From positions 1,088,001-1,152,000 of the forward strand of contig CBDDCK010000005.1 of NCBI GenBank assembly GCA_965225855.1: a stretch of 64,000 nucleotides of DNA. The letters run 5' to 3'. A program made the translations under genes and the position numbers. The first letter of the stretch is position 1. The number at the start of each line of letters is the position of its first letter. The notes under the pieces are model-generated. The model worked only from the letters and a program-made list of their open reading frames with translations, was not told the DNA's origin and made no database searches. This document shows positions 10,110 to 19,723 of this stretch, piece by piece. This DNA is from Spirochaetia bacterium. GTDB lineage: Bacteria > Spirochaetota > Spirochaetia > SP-2023.

Positions 10110-11279
10110 TTAAACTATTTTTCGGAAAGTCTTATAGTTGCGGTAACACCAAAAGTTCATGTTATCCAGCATTTTCAGCAATTTGTCGTTGTCTTCGGTG
10201 ATAAATGACATATCGGCATGCAAATAACCCATTTCGACTCCTGTGGTGTAGGCTTCACACAACATTATGGCTTCTATGCCTCTTTTCTGAAATTTTTCTC
10301 GCACACCCAAAATTGCTAACCGCAACCATTTACCCCCTTTGCGAACTTTGAGTAAACGCCCAATTAAGGCTGGGCTCAAATGCCCACTGGAATGAATTAA
10401 AGCCTCATTGACATTGGGCAAAGGAATCACAAAGCCGGCAGGCTCTCCTTTAATAAAAGCGATTTTAGCTAGTTTGGTGTTGGCAATCATTTTTAAGTTT
10501 TTGGCCATAAAGCAAAATTCATCTTTAGGCCAAGGCACAAATTCACGGTGATCGAGCCACGCTTCATTCCATATTTGGCGGATATACTCTACATCTGTCC
10601 AAAAATTTTGCATATTGATAGGGCGAATCTCTAAATCTTTATTGTGCTCTTTGGCAAGTTTTGCCACGCGGAAAGCTCGTTCAGAGGGTTTATGCACATC
10701 GCGATCAATACGATAAGCATAAAATTCCATTTCTTTTTCCCAACCATCGGTACTTTGGAAAAAATTTAGGTAATACTCGGGGTTGTATGGAGTTTGCACT
10801 ACTGGAGGCTCGATAAAATGGTTGCATAAGAAACCAATAATATGGTTAGGGCTGGGGCTAATTGGGCCAATCATTTCTTTTAAGCCATGTTCACAGCACC
10901 AATGGAGAGCAGCTTGGCTCAAGGCTTTGGCAACCTTGGCATCGTTAATACACTCAAAAAAACCAAAATAACCTGCTAAGCGTTGCCGTGTTTGAATATA
11001 CATATCATCTTTGATCGCAGCAATGCGCCCGAGAACTTGGCCATTGCGCCAAGCCAAAAAAGGTTGAATGATAGAATGTTTGTGTATTGGATGTTTTTTG
11101 GGGTTCATCAGTTCAAATTCATCTAACCACATCGGTGGTACCCAGTAAGGGTCTTTTAGCCCACCGGCATAACCAGAATACAGATTGCCACGATATAATT
11201 TTTTGGGGAAATAAATAAATAGCTTTAGGTGCTTGCGGTCCTTTAAAGCCACAGTTTGGATTTGGATATTGTCAGACAA
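10110..11279 (-). CDS. YghO-like GNAT-family N-acetyltransferase
   Basis: DPYWVPP, GRIAA, GYFGFFEC, PYNPEYY and LGVREKFQKRGI (acetyl-CoA motif). Confidence 0.75.
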   Translation of the reverse strand: MSDNIQIQTVALKDRKHLKLFIYFPKKLYRGNLYSGYAGGLKDPYWVPPMWLDEFELMNPKKHPIHKHSIIQPFLAWRNGQVLGRIAAIKDDMYIQTRQRLAGYFGFFECINDAKVAKALSQAALHWCCEHGLKEMIGPISPSPNHIIGFLCNHFIEPPVVQTPYNPEYYLNFFQSTDGWEKEMEFYAYRIDRDVHKPSERAFRVAKLAKEHNKDLEIRPINMQNFWTDVEYIRQIWNEAWLDHREFVPWPKDEFCFMAKNLKMIANTKLAKIAFIKGEPAGFVIPLPNVNEALIHSSGHLSPALIGRLLKVRKGGKWLRLAILGVREKFQKRGIEAIMLCEAYTTGVEMGYLHADMSFITEDNDKLLKMLDNMNFWCYRNYKTFRKIV

Positions 11280-11364
11280 AATGATTCCTCATAGTTTCGG
11301 ATTTGTAAATGGACTGCACACGCCCAAACGATAAATATTGGCACTTTATACGAAAAAGCAATAT

Positions 11365-11924
11365 TTAAAAAGTAAAGGTCAAATCAAAACCGAGGCCAAC
11401 ATGCATAAATAACAACAAACCACCAGTAAGCTCGCACTAAGACTTAAAAAATCACTATGGCCAAATAACTGGGAACGTTACCCTGAATAGCCAGCCCTTG
11501 AGCAATATAACTGGCTAGTATACAATGTAAAACCTAGCATACCACCAATACTAGCAAAACTGTTATTGTCAATAGCAGCGGGTTTGCCCAATTCTGAAGG
11601 ATAAAATGATATTCCCATTCCATGCAGAGAAAACCTTGGGCCAAGTTGACCAAACTGGTGCAGGGTGTTGGGATAATCTATTGGATTGGTTTACCAATCA
11701 AAACTTTGGCTATTGGGGACTAAACCGTAATTAGTATTCTTGCCAAAATCAGAACCATAATCTGTACCAAAAACAGGAAGCTCATCTGGATTTTGCTGTT
11801 GTTGAGCTGCTAAATCGGCCAAACTAATCAAGAGAAAGGCACAGCACAGTAAAAATCTTAGAAGTCGATACCAACTGTATTTTAAGTAAAAATCTAGCAT
11901 AAAAAACTCCATAAAGTATTGCAA
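11365..11924 (-). pseudogene. Degraded exported or outer-membrane protein gene
   Basis: Signal-peptide ORF stops at 11691. Downstream frames continue with protein-like text (MGISFYPSELG..., ...HVGLGFDLTFTF*) ending in an alternating hydrophobic strand with terminal Phe. Confidence 0.35.
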
Positions 11925-12076
11925 GCAGTTTTCAGAAATTTCAAGTAAATTCTAAAAATTTTTTAACTATTAGTACAGCCCCCATACAATATAACCATTG
12001 CGACCTAGACTATTATTGCTGTATAATGCCTTGTATTTTGTGATTTGAATAAAATCTGTATTGTAGGCCATAGATA

Positions 12077-14083
12077 ATGAGTTTTCCTTTAAATCCAGAG
12101 CAGTTGCAAGCGGTACACAATAGCCAAGGGCCCCTGTTAATCATTGCTGGGGCTGGCAGTGGTAAGACCCGTGTCGTTACCGAACGCATTATTTACCTAC
12201 AAAAGTCGGGTATTGATATGCGCAATATTTTAGCCTTAACCTTTACCAACAAAGCTGCACGGGAAATGCGTGAACGCATCAGTGAAAAAATGGATAAGAA
12301 AGAAGCCAAGCAGCTAACCTTGCTAACCTTCCATTCTTTTGGCATGCAAGTTTTGCAGCACCATGCCAAACTTTTGGGTTACGGTACCAATTTCAGTATT
12401 TACGACACGATCGATGCAATGAGTTGCTTAAAAGAAGCTGCTACACAATTGAAATGGACTGCCGATTACACTTTGCTTAAACAAGCCCAAGATACTATCA
12501 GCCGCATAAAAATGCAGCGAGGGCAATGGGATAGTGATAGTTTAGCGTTTAAAGAGGTATACCAAGAATATCACCGCCATTTAAAAGCCTATAATGCTTT
12601 TGATTTTGATGACTTAATCTGTAAGCCTTTCCAGCTTTGGAGCGAACACCCCGAAGTTTTAGAACGCTACCGAAACCGCTACCGCTATGTTATGGTAGAT
12701 GAATTTCAAGATACTTCCATTTTGCAATACCGCTTGCTGCGCCAACTGGTGGCCGTTCATCGCAACATTTGCTGTGTGGGCGATGACGATCAATCCATTT
12801 ATTCTTGGCGTGGAGCCAATTACCAAAATATTTTACTGTTTGAACAAGACTTTCCCGAACGCCAAGAAATTCGTTTAGAACGCAACTATCGTTCGACAAA
12901 GACTATCCTCGATGCGGCCAATGCGGTAATCGGGCACAACCCAAACCGCAAGGAAAAAAACTTGCGCCCCGAAACCGAAAAAAAAGAAAACCTGATTGTC
13001 TGCAGTTTTCCTGAAACCGATGAACATGAAGCCCGTTTTGTTTGCGATACGATCCGCACATTGCGCTCTCTCAACCAACTCAAGTATGAAGAAATTGGCA
13101 TATTGGTACGCACCAATAGCCTAATGCGCACTTTGGAATCCCATTTGTTGGAAGCACGCATGCCCTATGTGGTTTCGGGCGGGCAAAGCTTTTTCCAAAG
13201 GGCAGAAATCAAGGACTTAATTGCCTACTTGCGGGTGCTACAAAACCCCGATGACGATGTAAGTTTGCTACGCATTGTCAATAAACCCAGCCGCCGCATT
13301 GGCCCCAAATCGGTAGAAAAGCTGCGTAGTCTTGCCCAAGCCCAAAGCTGGAGCATTTATGAAGTTATGCGCGACATTGTCCTTAGCGGGGATTCCCGCT
13401 ATTCAGAATTGCTAGAGAGTTGTGCCGACTTTGTGATGCTGATCGAAGAGCTTAGGCCCCAGTTTATGCAGGCTCCCAATCCTGAAATTAGCTTGGCGAA
13501 TTTGTGCCAAACCCTAATTGAAGAGATTGACTACTGGGGCTTTCTGTTACAACAATTTAGCGAGAGGCCCGCTGCAGCTAAACGGCGTTTTGAGTCTATG
13601 CAAAGTTTTTGCGAAATGCTCAAGCGTTGGGAAGGCTATGAAGGCGGGGTAGAGCGCAGCCTAAAGTCGTGGCTCAACCGCATTAGCCTCATTACCCGCG
13701 ATGAGTTGGGAGACGAAGGCGATGGCAAAATTTGCCTTTCTACCATTCATGCAGCCAAGGGCTTGGAGTTTGACTTAGTGTTCCTTTGTGGGGTGGAAGA
13801 AGGCATTTTGCCTCATGTGCGCTCTTTAGAAGAACATGCTTACGATAAGGAAGAAGAGCGTAGGTTGTTTTATGTTGCATTAACTCGGGCCAAACGCTGG
13901 CTCTACCTTACTGCCTGCCAAAGCCGCTTGAAAAACGGCAAGCAAGAACAGTGCCAAGCCTCATCTTTTTTAGATGAAATTCCCCAACAGCTTACCAGTG
14001 CCGAACATGAGCTAACCGAAGAAGAATCGGAAAAAATGCTGGAACAGGCAATGGCCAATTTGCCCTGGCTGCGCCAATCATAG
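12077..14083 (+). CDS. UvrD/Rep/PcrA superfamily 1 DNA helicase
   Basis: AGAGSGKT, TFTNKAA, VDEFQD, VGDDDQSIY, NYRS, TIHAAKGLEF and EERRLFYVALTRAK motifs. Confidence 0.96.
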   Translation: MSFPLNPEQLQAVHNSQGPLLIIAGAGSGKTRVVTERIIYLQKSGIDMRNILALTFTNKAAREMRERISEKMDKKEAKQLTLLTFHSFGMQVLQHHAKLLGYGTNFSIYDTIDAMSCLKEAATQLKWTADYTLLKQAQDTISRIKMQRGQWDSDSLAFKEVYQEYHRHLKAYNAFDFDDLICKPFQLWSEHPEVLERYRNRYRYVMVDEFQDTSILQYRLLRQLVAVHRNICCVGDDDQSIYSWRGANYQNILLFEQDFPERQEIRLERNYRSTKTILDAANAVIGHNPNRKEKNLRPETEKKENLIVCSFPETDEHEARFVCDTIRTLRSLNQLKYEEIGILVRTNSLMRTLESHLLEARMPYVVSGGQSFFQRAEIKDLIAYLRVLQNPDDDVSLLRIVNKPSRRIGPKSVEKLRSLAQAQSWSIYEVMRDIVLSGDSRYSELLESCADFVMLIEELRPQFMQAPNPEISLANLCQTLIEEIDYWGFLLQQFSERPAAAKRRFESMQSFCEMLKRWEGYEGGVERSLKSWLNRISLITRDELGDEGDGKICLSTIHAAKGLEFDLVFLCGVEEGILPHVRSLEEHAYDKEEERRLFYVALTRAKRWLYLTACQSRLKNGKQEQCQASSFLDEIPQQLTSAEHELTEEESEKMLEQAMANLPWLRQS

Positions 14084-14236
14084 GCTGGTTGCGCTAATCA
14101 TAAGCATTGTATCCAATATTCAATACAAACAACATAAAGTACAGTTTGGGCCAGAAATTTTCAGGTGCTGGAAAACCCATGCAAAAATGTAGAACCAAAA
14201 TCTCCCAAACTATTTAATAAAGGAAAGAACACTGTT

Positions 14237-14740
14237 ATGAATCATGAACAAGCCTTACAACATTTGGCCGCCGCTATTGCCTATTTGCGCAATTGTAGCC
14301 AAACCGAAGCCCAGCCCAGCGCCAAGCGTTGTTTTCAATTGATGAGCTACTGGCTCCAAGGGCCCACAGAGCCGCCGCGCCTAAGCTTATTTGATGCCAA
14401 AGGCTATTGCGGCACAATCCAAGAGTCTGGCCAGGTGTATGGCCTATGCCCCCATCACTTAATGCCTTATCACGGCAGCTATCAACTAAACTTTCAACCG
14501 GGTAGTACTATTGTTGGCCTTTCTTCTATTAGCCGTGCTGTGCATCATTTTTGCCGTAGGGCCCTGCTACAGGAAAGCTTAACTCAAGAGCTAGGGCAAT
14601 TCTTTTACCAACAATTGCAGCCCCAATCGTTAGAGTTTCGGATTAGTGCACGGCATTTTTGTAAAGAGATGCAACCCATAAACCACAGCCGCAGCACCCA
14701 AGATTTTGTAACCTGCTGGAAATCCCCAAATTGCCAATAG
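14237..14740 (+). CDS. folE: GTP cyclohydrolase I (FolE)-like protein, divergent
   Basis: LCPHHLMPY, VGLS..SR, LQE and ARHFC motifs. Start chosen at the ATG after AGGAAAG. Confidence 0.65.
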   Translation: MNHEQALQHLAAAIAYLRNCSQTEAQPSAKRCFQLMSYWLQGPTEPPRLSLFDAKGYCGTIQESGQVYGLCPHHLMPYHGSYQLNFQPGSTIVGLSSISRAVHHFCRRALLQESLTQELGQFFYQQLQPQSLEFRISARHFCKEMQPINHSRSTQDFVTCWKSPNCQ

Positions 14741-14770
14741 CAAAGCAAAAGCTATTGCAGGAGATAGAGC

Positions 14771-14813
14771 CAAATTATGGCGGAAAACTTACTCGCTTGG
14801 CCGCCATAATTTG
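14771..14813. terminator. Inverted repeat between convergent genes, probable terminator
   Basis: CAAATTATGGCGG-17 nt-CCGCCATAATTTG, perfect 13-bp arms. Confidence 0.55.
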
Positions 14814-14825
14814 CAAGTTTGTAAT

Positions 14826-15551
14826 TTATTGAGATTCGGCTACATTGGGCAAAACAGCTTGCACCAATTGATTATCGCTGTACTGGCGCACAATTACGCT
14901 CACCTGGCCTTGCACGTCAGCCGGTACGGTACAGTGAATTTGATCGTGCTTGTAGAGTGAATAAATGCTTGCTCGCTGTTCACTATCGTCTGCCAATTTG
15001 AAAAATACCCCGCAATTAGTTGCCAGTGTGCGCAATTCTTTGGGTGGGTTAAAGTGTGCCCCGTAGATGCCAAAAGTATTGGACGGGCTGTACTGGCCTT
15101 TTTCTTGGGTTTTAAAGTCTAGCACATGGGTAATTTGTGGCTTGGCTTTGTCCGTATTCAATTTGATAAACGGCTGCTTTTGTTGTAGCAACATATTCAA
15201 TAGCAAGCGTGCAAAAGGTGCTTTTGAGTTGACATTGAGATGTAAGTCAATGTCTTCACTGCGCAAAACATAGTTTGGGTCGGTAATTTTAATGCCTTTT
15301 TTCAGGCGGCAAGAAACATTAAAACCCAAAAAATCTTGCAGTAACGTATTGCGCCCACTGGCTAAAATCCGGGCGATCTGCACGGGGAAACCCAATAGCA
15401 GACCCTTGACATCGATCACGCTAAAGCTACTTTCCTCACTAATGGCTAGGGCTAGTTCATCTTCGCTTGCGCTACCTTGGGGGTGGATATGGATAAAATA
15501 TTCATCGTCATCGGTTAAATAGTTATAGTCTACTGTGTAATAAATGGGCAT
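14826..15551 (-). CDS. HU-like DNA-binding domain plus C-terminal Ig-like DUF4469 domain protein
   Basis: N-terminus resembles the Bacteroidota/spirochaete HU-like family (ISEESSFSVIDVKGLL...LASGRN). C-terminus has P.IT.V.D...IYG...GVFF...VP. Confidence 0.6.
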   Translation of the reverse strand: MPIYYTVDYNYLTDDDEYFIHIHPQGSASEDELALAISEESSFSVIDVKGLLLGFPVQIARILASGRNTLLQDFLGFNVSCRLKKGIKITDPNYVLRSEDIDLHLNVNSKAPFARLLLNMLLQQKQPFIKLNTDKAKPQITHVLDFKTQEKGQYSPSNTFGIYGAHFNPPKELRTLATNCGVFFKLADDSEQRASIYSLYKHDQIHCTVPADVQGQVSVIVRQYSDNQLVQAVLPNVAESQ

Positions 15552-15723
15552 AGCGTCCTACTTTGTGCATTGGATATTGGCTAAATTGTGGTAACAAAGC
15601 CGTTGCTATTTATTATAAGCAAAATAGCAGTAATGGTCTATAGTTTTACAAGCTAAAGCAGACGGTGATAGCCTGCTTAGCAAGGCTGTATTTGCTTGTT
15701 TGCTAGTGGGTTTTGGCCCTGAT

Positions 15724-15860
15724 AGCCTTGCTATTGAATAAATACCAAGGCTGTAAAAAAATTTATTAAGGCTACAAATTTTTTTGTCAAGGCTGTAAAT
15801 TTTTTTAGCAAGGCTGCAAAAAGATTTTGCAAGGCTGTATTTTCGCAAATACCAAGGCTC
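15724..15860. repeat. Intergenic hairpin plus 21-bp phased element, copy 1
   Basis: AGCCTTG...CAAGGCT hairpin, then AAGGCT at 15747, 15768, 15789, 15810, 15831 and 15854. Confidence 0.9.
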
Positions 15861-16009
15861 TAATTCTGAATTGCATACTTGGCTATTACTTTTTGCCTTA
15901 TGGTAGATTACTAGATATTCACCAGCCAATATTTGGGTTACTAGCTACAAAAAAAGGGTCTAAGACCCCAAAAAAACAGAAAAAATTGCAAATAATATTT
16001 GCAAAGCAC

Positions 16010-16037
16010 TTGACCATCTTGCCTCCCCAAATATAAT
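16010..16037 (+). promoter_or_regulatory. Sigma70-like promoter of lipoprotein A
   Basis: TTGACC-16 nt-TATAAT upstream of GGAGG RBS and ATG 16103. Confidence 0.6.
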
Positions 16038-16102
16038 AGGTCCGCAATAGTGCAGCCCGTATGGGTTTGCAAACCTTTATTCTCTTTTTAGGAGGTAGTT
16101 TT

Positions 16103-16756
16103 ATGCACAAGCATAATATATTCTTTTTGCCGATAGCCTTGCTATTGAGTTTTTTAGTGTTGTTTTCTTGCAACCTAGACACGGAAGAAATAAAAGACCA
16201 ATTGGAAGACCAATCGAAAGACCAATTGCCAGACACAGGAAAAATAAAAGACCAATTGGAAGACCAATCGAAAAACCAATTGCCAGACACGGGAAAAATA
16301 AAAGACCAATTGGAAGACCAATCGAAAAACCAATTGCCAGACACGGGAAAAATAAAAGACCAATTGGAAGACCAATCGAAAAACCAATTGCCAGACACGG
16401 GAAAAATAAAAGACCAATTGGAAGACAAAGCCCAATTGAGCCCCCCAAGCTGGATATATGGAACTTGGCAACATACAGTTGACGGTTCTGTTACACTTAG
16501 TTTTGAATTTACAGCTGACGATATGATAATAGAAGCAAGTGGTGTCACCTCTTCTTTCAAAGATTTACCCGCCGCTGTAGTAAAGGAACAAACCAACACC
16601 AACACTGTTTATACAGTTAAGATAACAAAAAGTTCAACTAAAACAGATGTCTCAGATGGCACTTACAAATTTGAGAAAAAAACCGCATCAACACTGGATT
16701 ATACTTTTAATGATACTTTTACTGAGGGCAAGCCAATAACTTTTAGCAAGCAATAA
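16103..16756 (+). CDS. Lipoprotein A with 18-aa tandem repeats and C-terminal beta-rich (lipocalin-like) domain
   Basis: GGAGG RBS, signal peptide ending VLFSC, (IKDQLEDQSKNQLPDTGK) repeats, then PPSWIYGTW. Confidence 0.8.
   Translation: MHKHNIFFLPIALLLSFLVLFSCNLDTEEIKDQLEDQSKDQLPDTGKIKDQLEDQSKNQLPDTGKIKDQLEDQSKNQLPDTGKIKDQLEDQSKNQLPDTGKIKDQLEDKAQLSPPSWIYGTWQHTVDGSVTLSFEFTADDMIIEASGVTSSFKDLPAAVVKEQTNTNTVYTVKITKSSTKTDVSDGTYKFEKKTASTLDYTFNDTFTEGKPITFSKQ
16190..16429 (+). repeat. 54-bp coding tandem repeat, 4 full copies plus a partial one
   Basis: Unit ATAAAAGACCAATTGGAAGACCAATCG...GGAAAA at 16190, 16244, 16298, 16352 and partial at 16406. Confidence 0.95.
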
Positions 16757-16792
16757 CTTTTAACAAGCATAGATTCAATATTGTTTGTTTAC

Positions 16793-16819
16793 AGCCGCCT
16801 CTAACGAGGTGGCTTTTTT
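16793..16819 (+). terminator. Rho-independent terminator
   Basis: AGCCGCCTC-TAAC-GAGGTGGCT-TTTTT. Confidence 0.75.
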
Positions 16820-16887
16820 GTTGCCAAACTATAGGATAGGGCGCATAGATACTTGGCTAAACTTACAAAACCCACTATAGTAGCCCC

Positions 16888-17679
16888 ATGGAAATATTAC
16901 AAAAATCCGCTAGCGATACCGCCATAATCCAAGAAATTGTGGAAAGCCTGTTAAAAGACACGCTAGCCCAAGAAGTGCAACGCCAGCTTAAAAACCAACT
17001 GGCCGAACAACTGTCATTGCAAGCAAGCACGCAAACACAGGAAAAACCTAAATCTTTTAGCGATAGCTATGAGCACCAACTTTTTGAGCGCATGGTGCAG
17101 GTGGAAGAACAGCTCAAAAAGAACCAAGAATTACTCAAAGCCTTTATGCAGCAAGTGGATAAACGCTTTGAACAGATGGATAAGCGTTTTGAGCAAGTGG
17201 ACAAACGCTTTGAATCTATGCAGCAAAGCATGGACAAGCGTTTTGAACAAATGGATAAGCGTTTTGAGCAAGTGGACAAACGCTTTGAAGCTATGCAGCA
17301 AAGCATGGATAAGCGTTTTGAAGCTATGCAGCAAAGCATGGACAAACGCTTTGAATCTATGCAGCAAAGCATGGACAAACGCTTTGAGCAAATGCAACAA
17401 AGTATCGATAAACGCCTTGAATCTATGCAGCAAAACATGGACAAACGCTTTGAGCAAATGCAACAAAGTATCGATAAACGCCTTGAATCTATGCAGCAAA
17501 ACATGGACAAGCGTTTTGAAACTATGCAGCAAAACATGGATAAACGCTTTGAGCAATTGGATAAACGCCTTGAGACTATGCAGCAGAATATGGATAAACG
17601 CTTTTTGATGCTGCAATGGTTCATGGGTATTGGCATGGGCTTAATTATTGGCATCTTGGGCTTGCTGAAACTTTCATAA
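16888..17679 (+). CDS. Bdr/DUF1640-like coiled-coil repeat membrane protein (263 aa)
   Basis: Mixed 7-aa (DKRFEQM/V) and 11-aa (DKRFExMQQxM) repeats, C-terminal TM helix QWFMGIG...LLKLS. Confidence 0.8.
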   Translation: MEILQKSASDTAIIQEIVESLLKDTLAQEVQRQLKNQLAEQLSLQASTQTQEKPKSFSDSYEHQLFERMVQVEEQLKKNQELLKAFMQQVDKRFEQMDKRFEQVDKRFESMQQSMDKRFEQMDKRFEQVDKRFEAMQQSMDKRFEAMQQSMDKRFESMQQSMDKRFEQMQQSIDKRLESMQQNMDKRFEQMQQSIDKRLESMQQNMDKRFETMQQNMDKRFEQLDKRLETMQQNMDKRFLMLQWFMGIGMGLIIGILGLLKLS

Positions 17680-17812
17680 CTCAATTGCCATTTTGCTATG
17701 CTTTTAGGTTAGTACCTACATAGCTAAATTGTGCTTGCCTACTTTGCATCGGCCCATATACAAAGCACAAAGCTGCATTTAGCCCAAAACCCACTAGCAA
17801 ACAAGCAAATAC

Positions 17813-17949
17813 AGCCTTGCTATTGAATAAATACCAAGGCTGTAAAAAAATTTATTAAGGCTACAAATTTTTTTGTCAAGGCTGTAAATTTTTTTAGCAA
17901 GGCTGCAAAAAGATTTTGCAAGGCTGTATTTTCGCAAATACCAAGGCTC
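17813..17949. repeat. Intergenic hairpin plus 21-bp phased element, copy 2
   Basis: Essentially identical to 15724-15860. Confidence 0.9.
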
Positions 17950-18098
17950 TAATTCTGAATTGCATACTTGGCTATTACTTTTTGCCTTATGGTAGATTGC
18001 TAGATATTCACCAGCCAATATTTGGGTTGCTAGCTACAAAAAAAGGGTCTAAGACCCCAAAAAAACAGAAAAAATTGCAAATAATATTTGCAAAGCAC

Positions 18099-18126
18099 TT
18101 GACCATCTTACCCCCAAAAATATAAT
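18099..18126 (+). promoter_or_regulatory. Sigma70-like promoter of lipoprotein A2
   Basis: TTGACC-16 nt-TATAAT. Confidence 0.6.
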
Positions 18127-18191
18127 AGGTTCGCAATAGTGCAGCCCGTATGGGTTTGCAAACTTTTATTCTCTTTTTAGGAGGTAGTTTT

Positions 18192-18635
18192 ATGCACAAG
18201 CATAATATATTCTTTTTGCCGATAGCCTTGCTATTGAGTTTTCTAGTGTTGTTTTCTTGCAAACTAGACACGGGAAAAATAAAAGACCAATTGGAAGACC
18301 AAGAAGACCAATTGGAAGACAAAGCCCAATTGAGCCCCCCAAGCTGGATACGTGGAACTTGGCAACAGACAGTTAACGGTTCTGTTACACTTAGTTTTGA
18401 ATTTACAGCTGACAATATGACACAAACAGCAAGTGGTCAATCCACTTCTTTCAAGGAATTACCCGCTTCAGCAGTAGAGGAACAAACCAATAACAGCACT
18501 GTTTATGCAGTTAAGCTAACAGCAAAGTCAATAGTGTCCACCTACAAATTTGAGAAAAAAACCGCATCAACACTGGGTTATACTATTACTGCGAAAGGGT
18601 CAACAGTTGGTCCTTTGACTCTTACCAAGCAATAG
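18192..18635 (+). CDS. Lipoprotein A2, paralogue of 16103-16756 with the repeat tract collapsed
   Basis: Identical signal peptide MHKHNIFF...VLFSC, PPSWIRGTW, YKFEKKTASTL. Confidence 0.8.
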   Translation: MHKHNIFFLPIALLLSFLVLFSCKLDTGKIKDQLEDQEDQLEDKAQLSPPSWIRGTWQQTVNGSVTLSFEFTADNMTQTASGQSTSFKELPASAVEEQTNNSTVYAVKLTAKSIVSTYKFEKKTASTLGYTITAKGSTVGPLTLTKQ

Positions 18636-18655
18636 ATTTAATATTGTTTGTTTAC

Positions 18656-18682
18656 AGCCGCCTCTAACGAGGTGGCTTTTTT
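18656..18682 (+). terminator. Rho-independent terminator
   Basis: Same hairpin as 16793-16819. Confidence 0.75.
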
Positions 18683-18750
18683 GTTGCCAAACTATAGGAT
18701 AGGGCGCATAGATGCTTGGCTAAACTTACAAAACCCACTATAGTAGCCCC

Positions 18751-19194
18751 ATGGAAATATTACAAAAATCCGCTAGCGATACCGCCATAATCCAAGAAAT
18801 TGTGGAAAGCCTGTTAAAAGACACGCTAGCCCAAGAAGTGCAACGCCAGCTTAAAAACCAACTGGCCGAACAACTGTCATTGCAAGCAAGCACGCAAACA
18901 CAGGAAAAACCTAAATCTTTTAGCGATAGCTATGAGCGCCAACTGTTTGAGCGCATGGTGCGAGTGGAAGAAGAGCTAAAAAACAACCAAGAATTACTCA
19001 AAGCCTTTATGCAGCAAGTGGATAAACGCTTTGAAGCTATGCAGCAAAGCATGGACAAACGCTTTGAAGCTATGCAGCAAAACATGGATAAACGCTTTGA
19101 GCAAGTAGATAAACGTTTTATGACGTTGCAATGGTTTATGGGAATTGGCTTTGGCTTGATTATGAGTACCTTGGGCTTGCTGAAACTTTCATAA
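18751..19194 (+). CDS. Bdr/DUF1640-like coiled-coil membrane protein (147 aa)
   Basis: N-terminus nearly identical to the 16888 gene, fewer DKRFE repeats, C-terminal TM helix. Confidence 0.8.
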   Translation: MEILQKSASDTAIIQEIVESLLKDTLAQEVQRQLKNQLAEQLSLQASTQTQEKPKSFSDSYERQLFERMVRVEEELKNNQELLKAFMQQVDKRFEAMQQSMDKRFEAMQQNMDKRFEQVDKRFMTLQWFMGIGFGLIMSTLGLLKLS

Positions 19195-19328
19195 CTCAAT
19201 TGCCAGCTTGCTATGATGTTTAGGCTAATTCTAGCATAGCTAAATTGTGCTTGCCTACTTTGCATCGGCCCATATACAAAGCACAAAGCTGCATTTAGCC
19301 CAAAACCCACTAGCAAACAAGCAAATAC

Positions 19329-19425
19329 AGCCTTACTATTGGCCAAATACCAAGGCTGTAAATTTTTTTATTAACTTGCTAAAAAAATTTATTAAGGCTG
19401 TAAAATTTTTTATCAAGTTGGCTTT
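19329..19425. repeat. Intergenic hairpin plus 21-bp phased element, copy 3
   Basis: AAGGCT/AACTTG/AAGGCT/AAGTTG at 19352, 19373, 19394 and 19415. Confidence 0.85.
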
Positions 19426-19723
19426 TTCTTAGTAGCAATGCTGAAGGCGGTCAAATTCAAGTAGAGAATTGGCCAATTCCCATAAGAAAGTTGGCTAATG
19501 CCAAGGCTTGGCTGCCAATATATACCCTAGACAACTGCCTTTTTACAATAAAGGTTTTACCCTGTTCCTAGCTTGCAACAACTGTTCACAAAATTTTCAC
19601 AAGCTAGTTATAAAATCTGTTCTAAAGTATCTCAATAAGGGTTTGCTTACTTGTATCTAAAGTTTTAATTTTTTAAAATGGGCTAGCGCACATAGTGCAA
19701 TACAACAAATAAAGGAGTTCTAA

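Noticed and set aside
14066..14104. Imperfect 20-bp tandem duplication at the helicase stop codon
   Set aside because: Two copies only; likely a local slippage scar.
15606..15929. Minus-strand ORFs with SL heptads (also 17794, 22237, 23742, 24735, 25732)
   Set aside because: They arise from the 21-bp DNA period; starts, stops and frames are inconsistent between copies.
16190..16429. Repeated LPDTG as sortase LPxTG signals
   Set aside because: N-terminal position in a lipoprotein, no following TM helix or basic tail, and a diderm host with lptF/G; likely coincidence.
17067..17684. Cys-rich and other alternative-frame ORFs over the DKRFE genes and the 54-bp repeat
   Set aside because: Stop-free shadows of tandem coding repeats.
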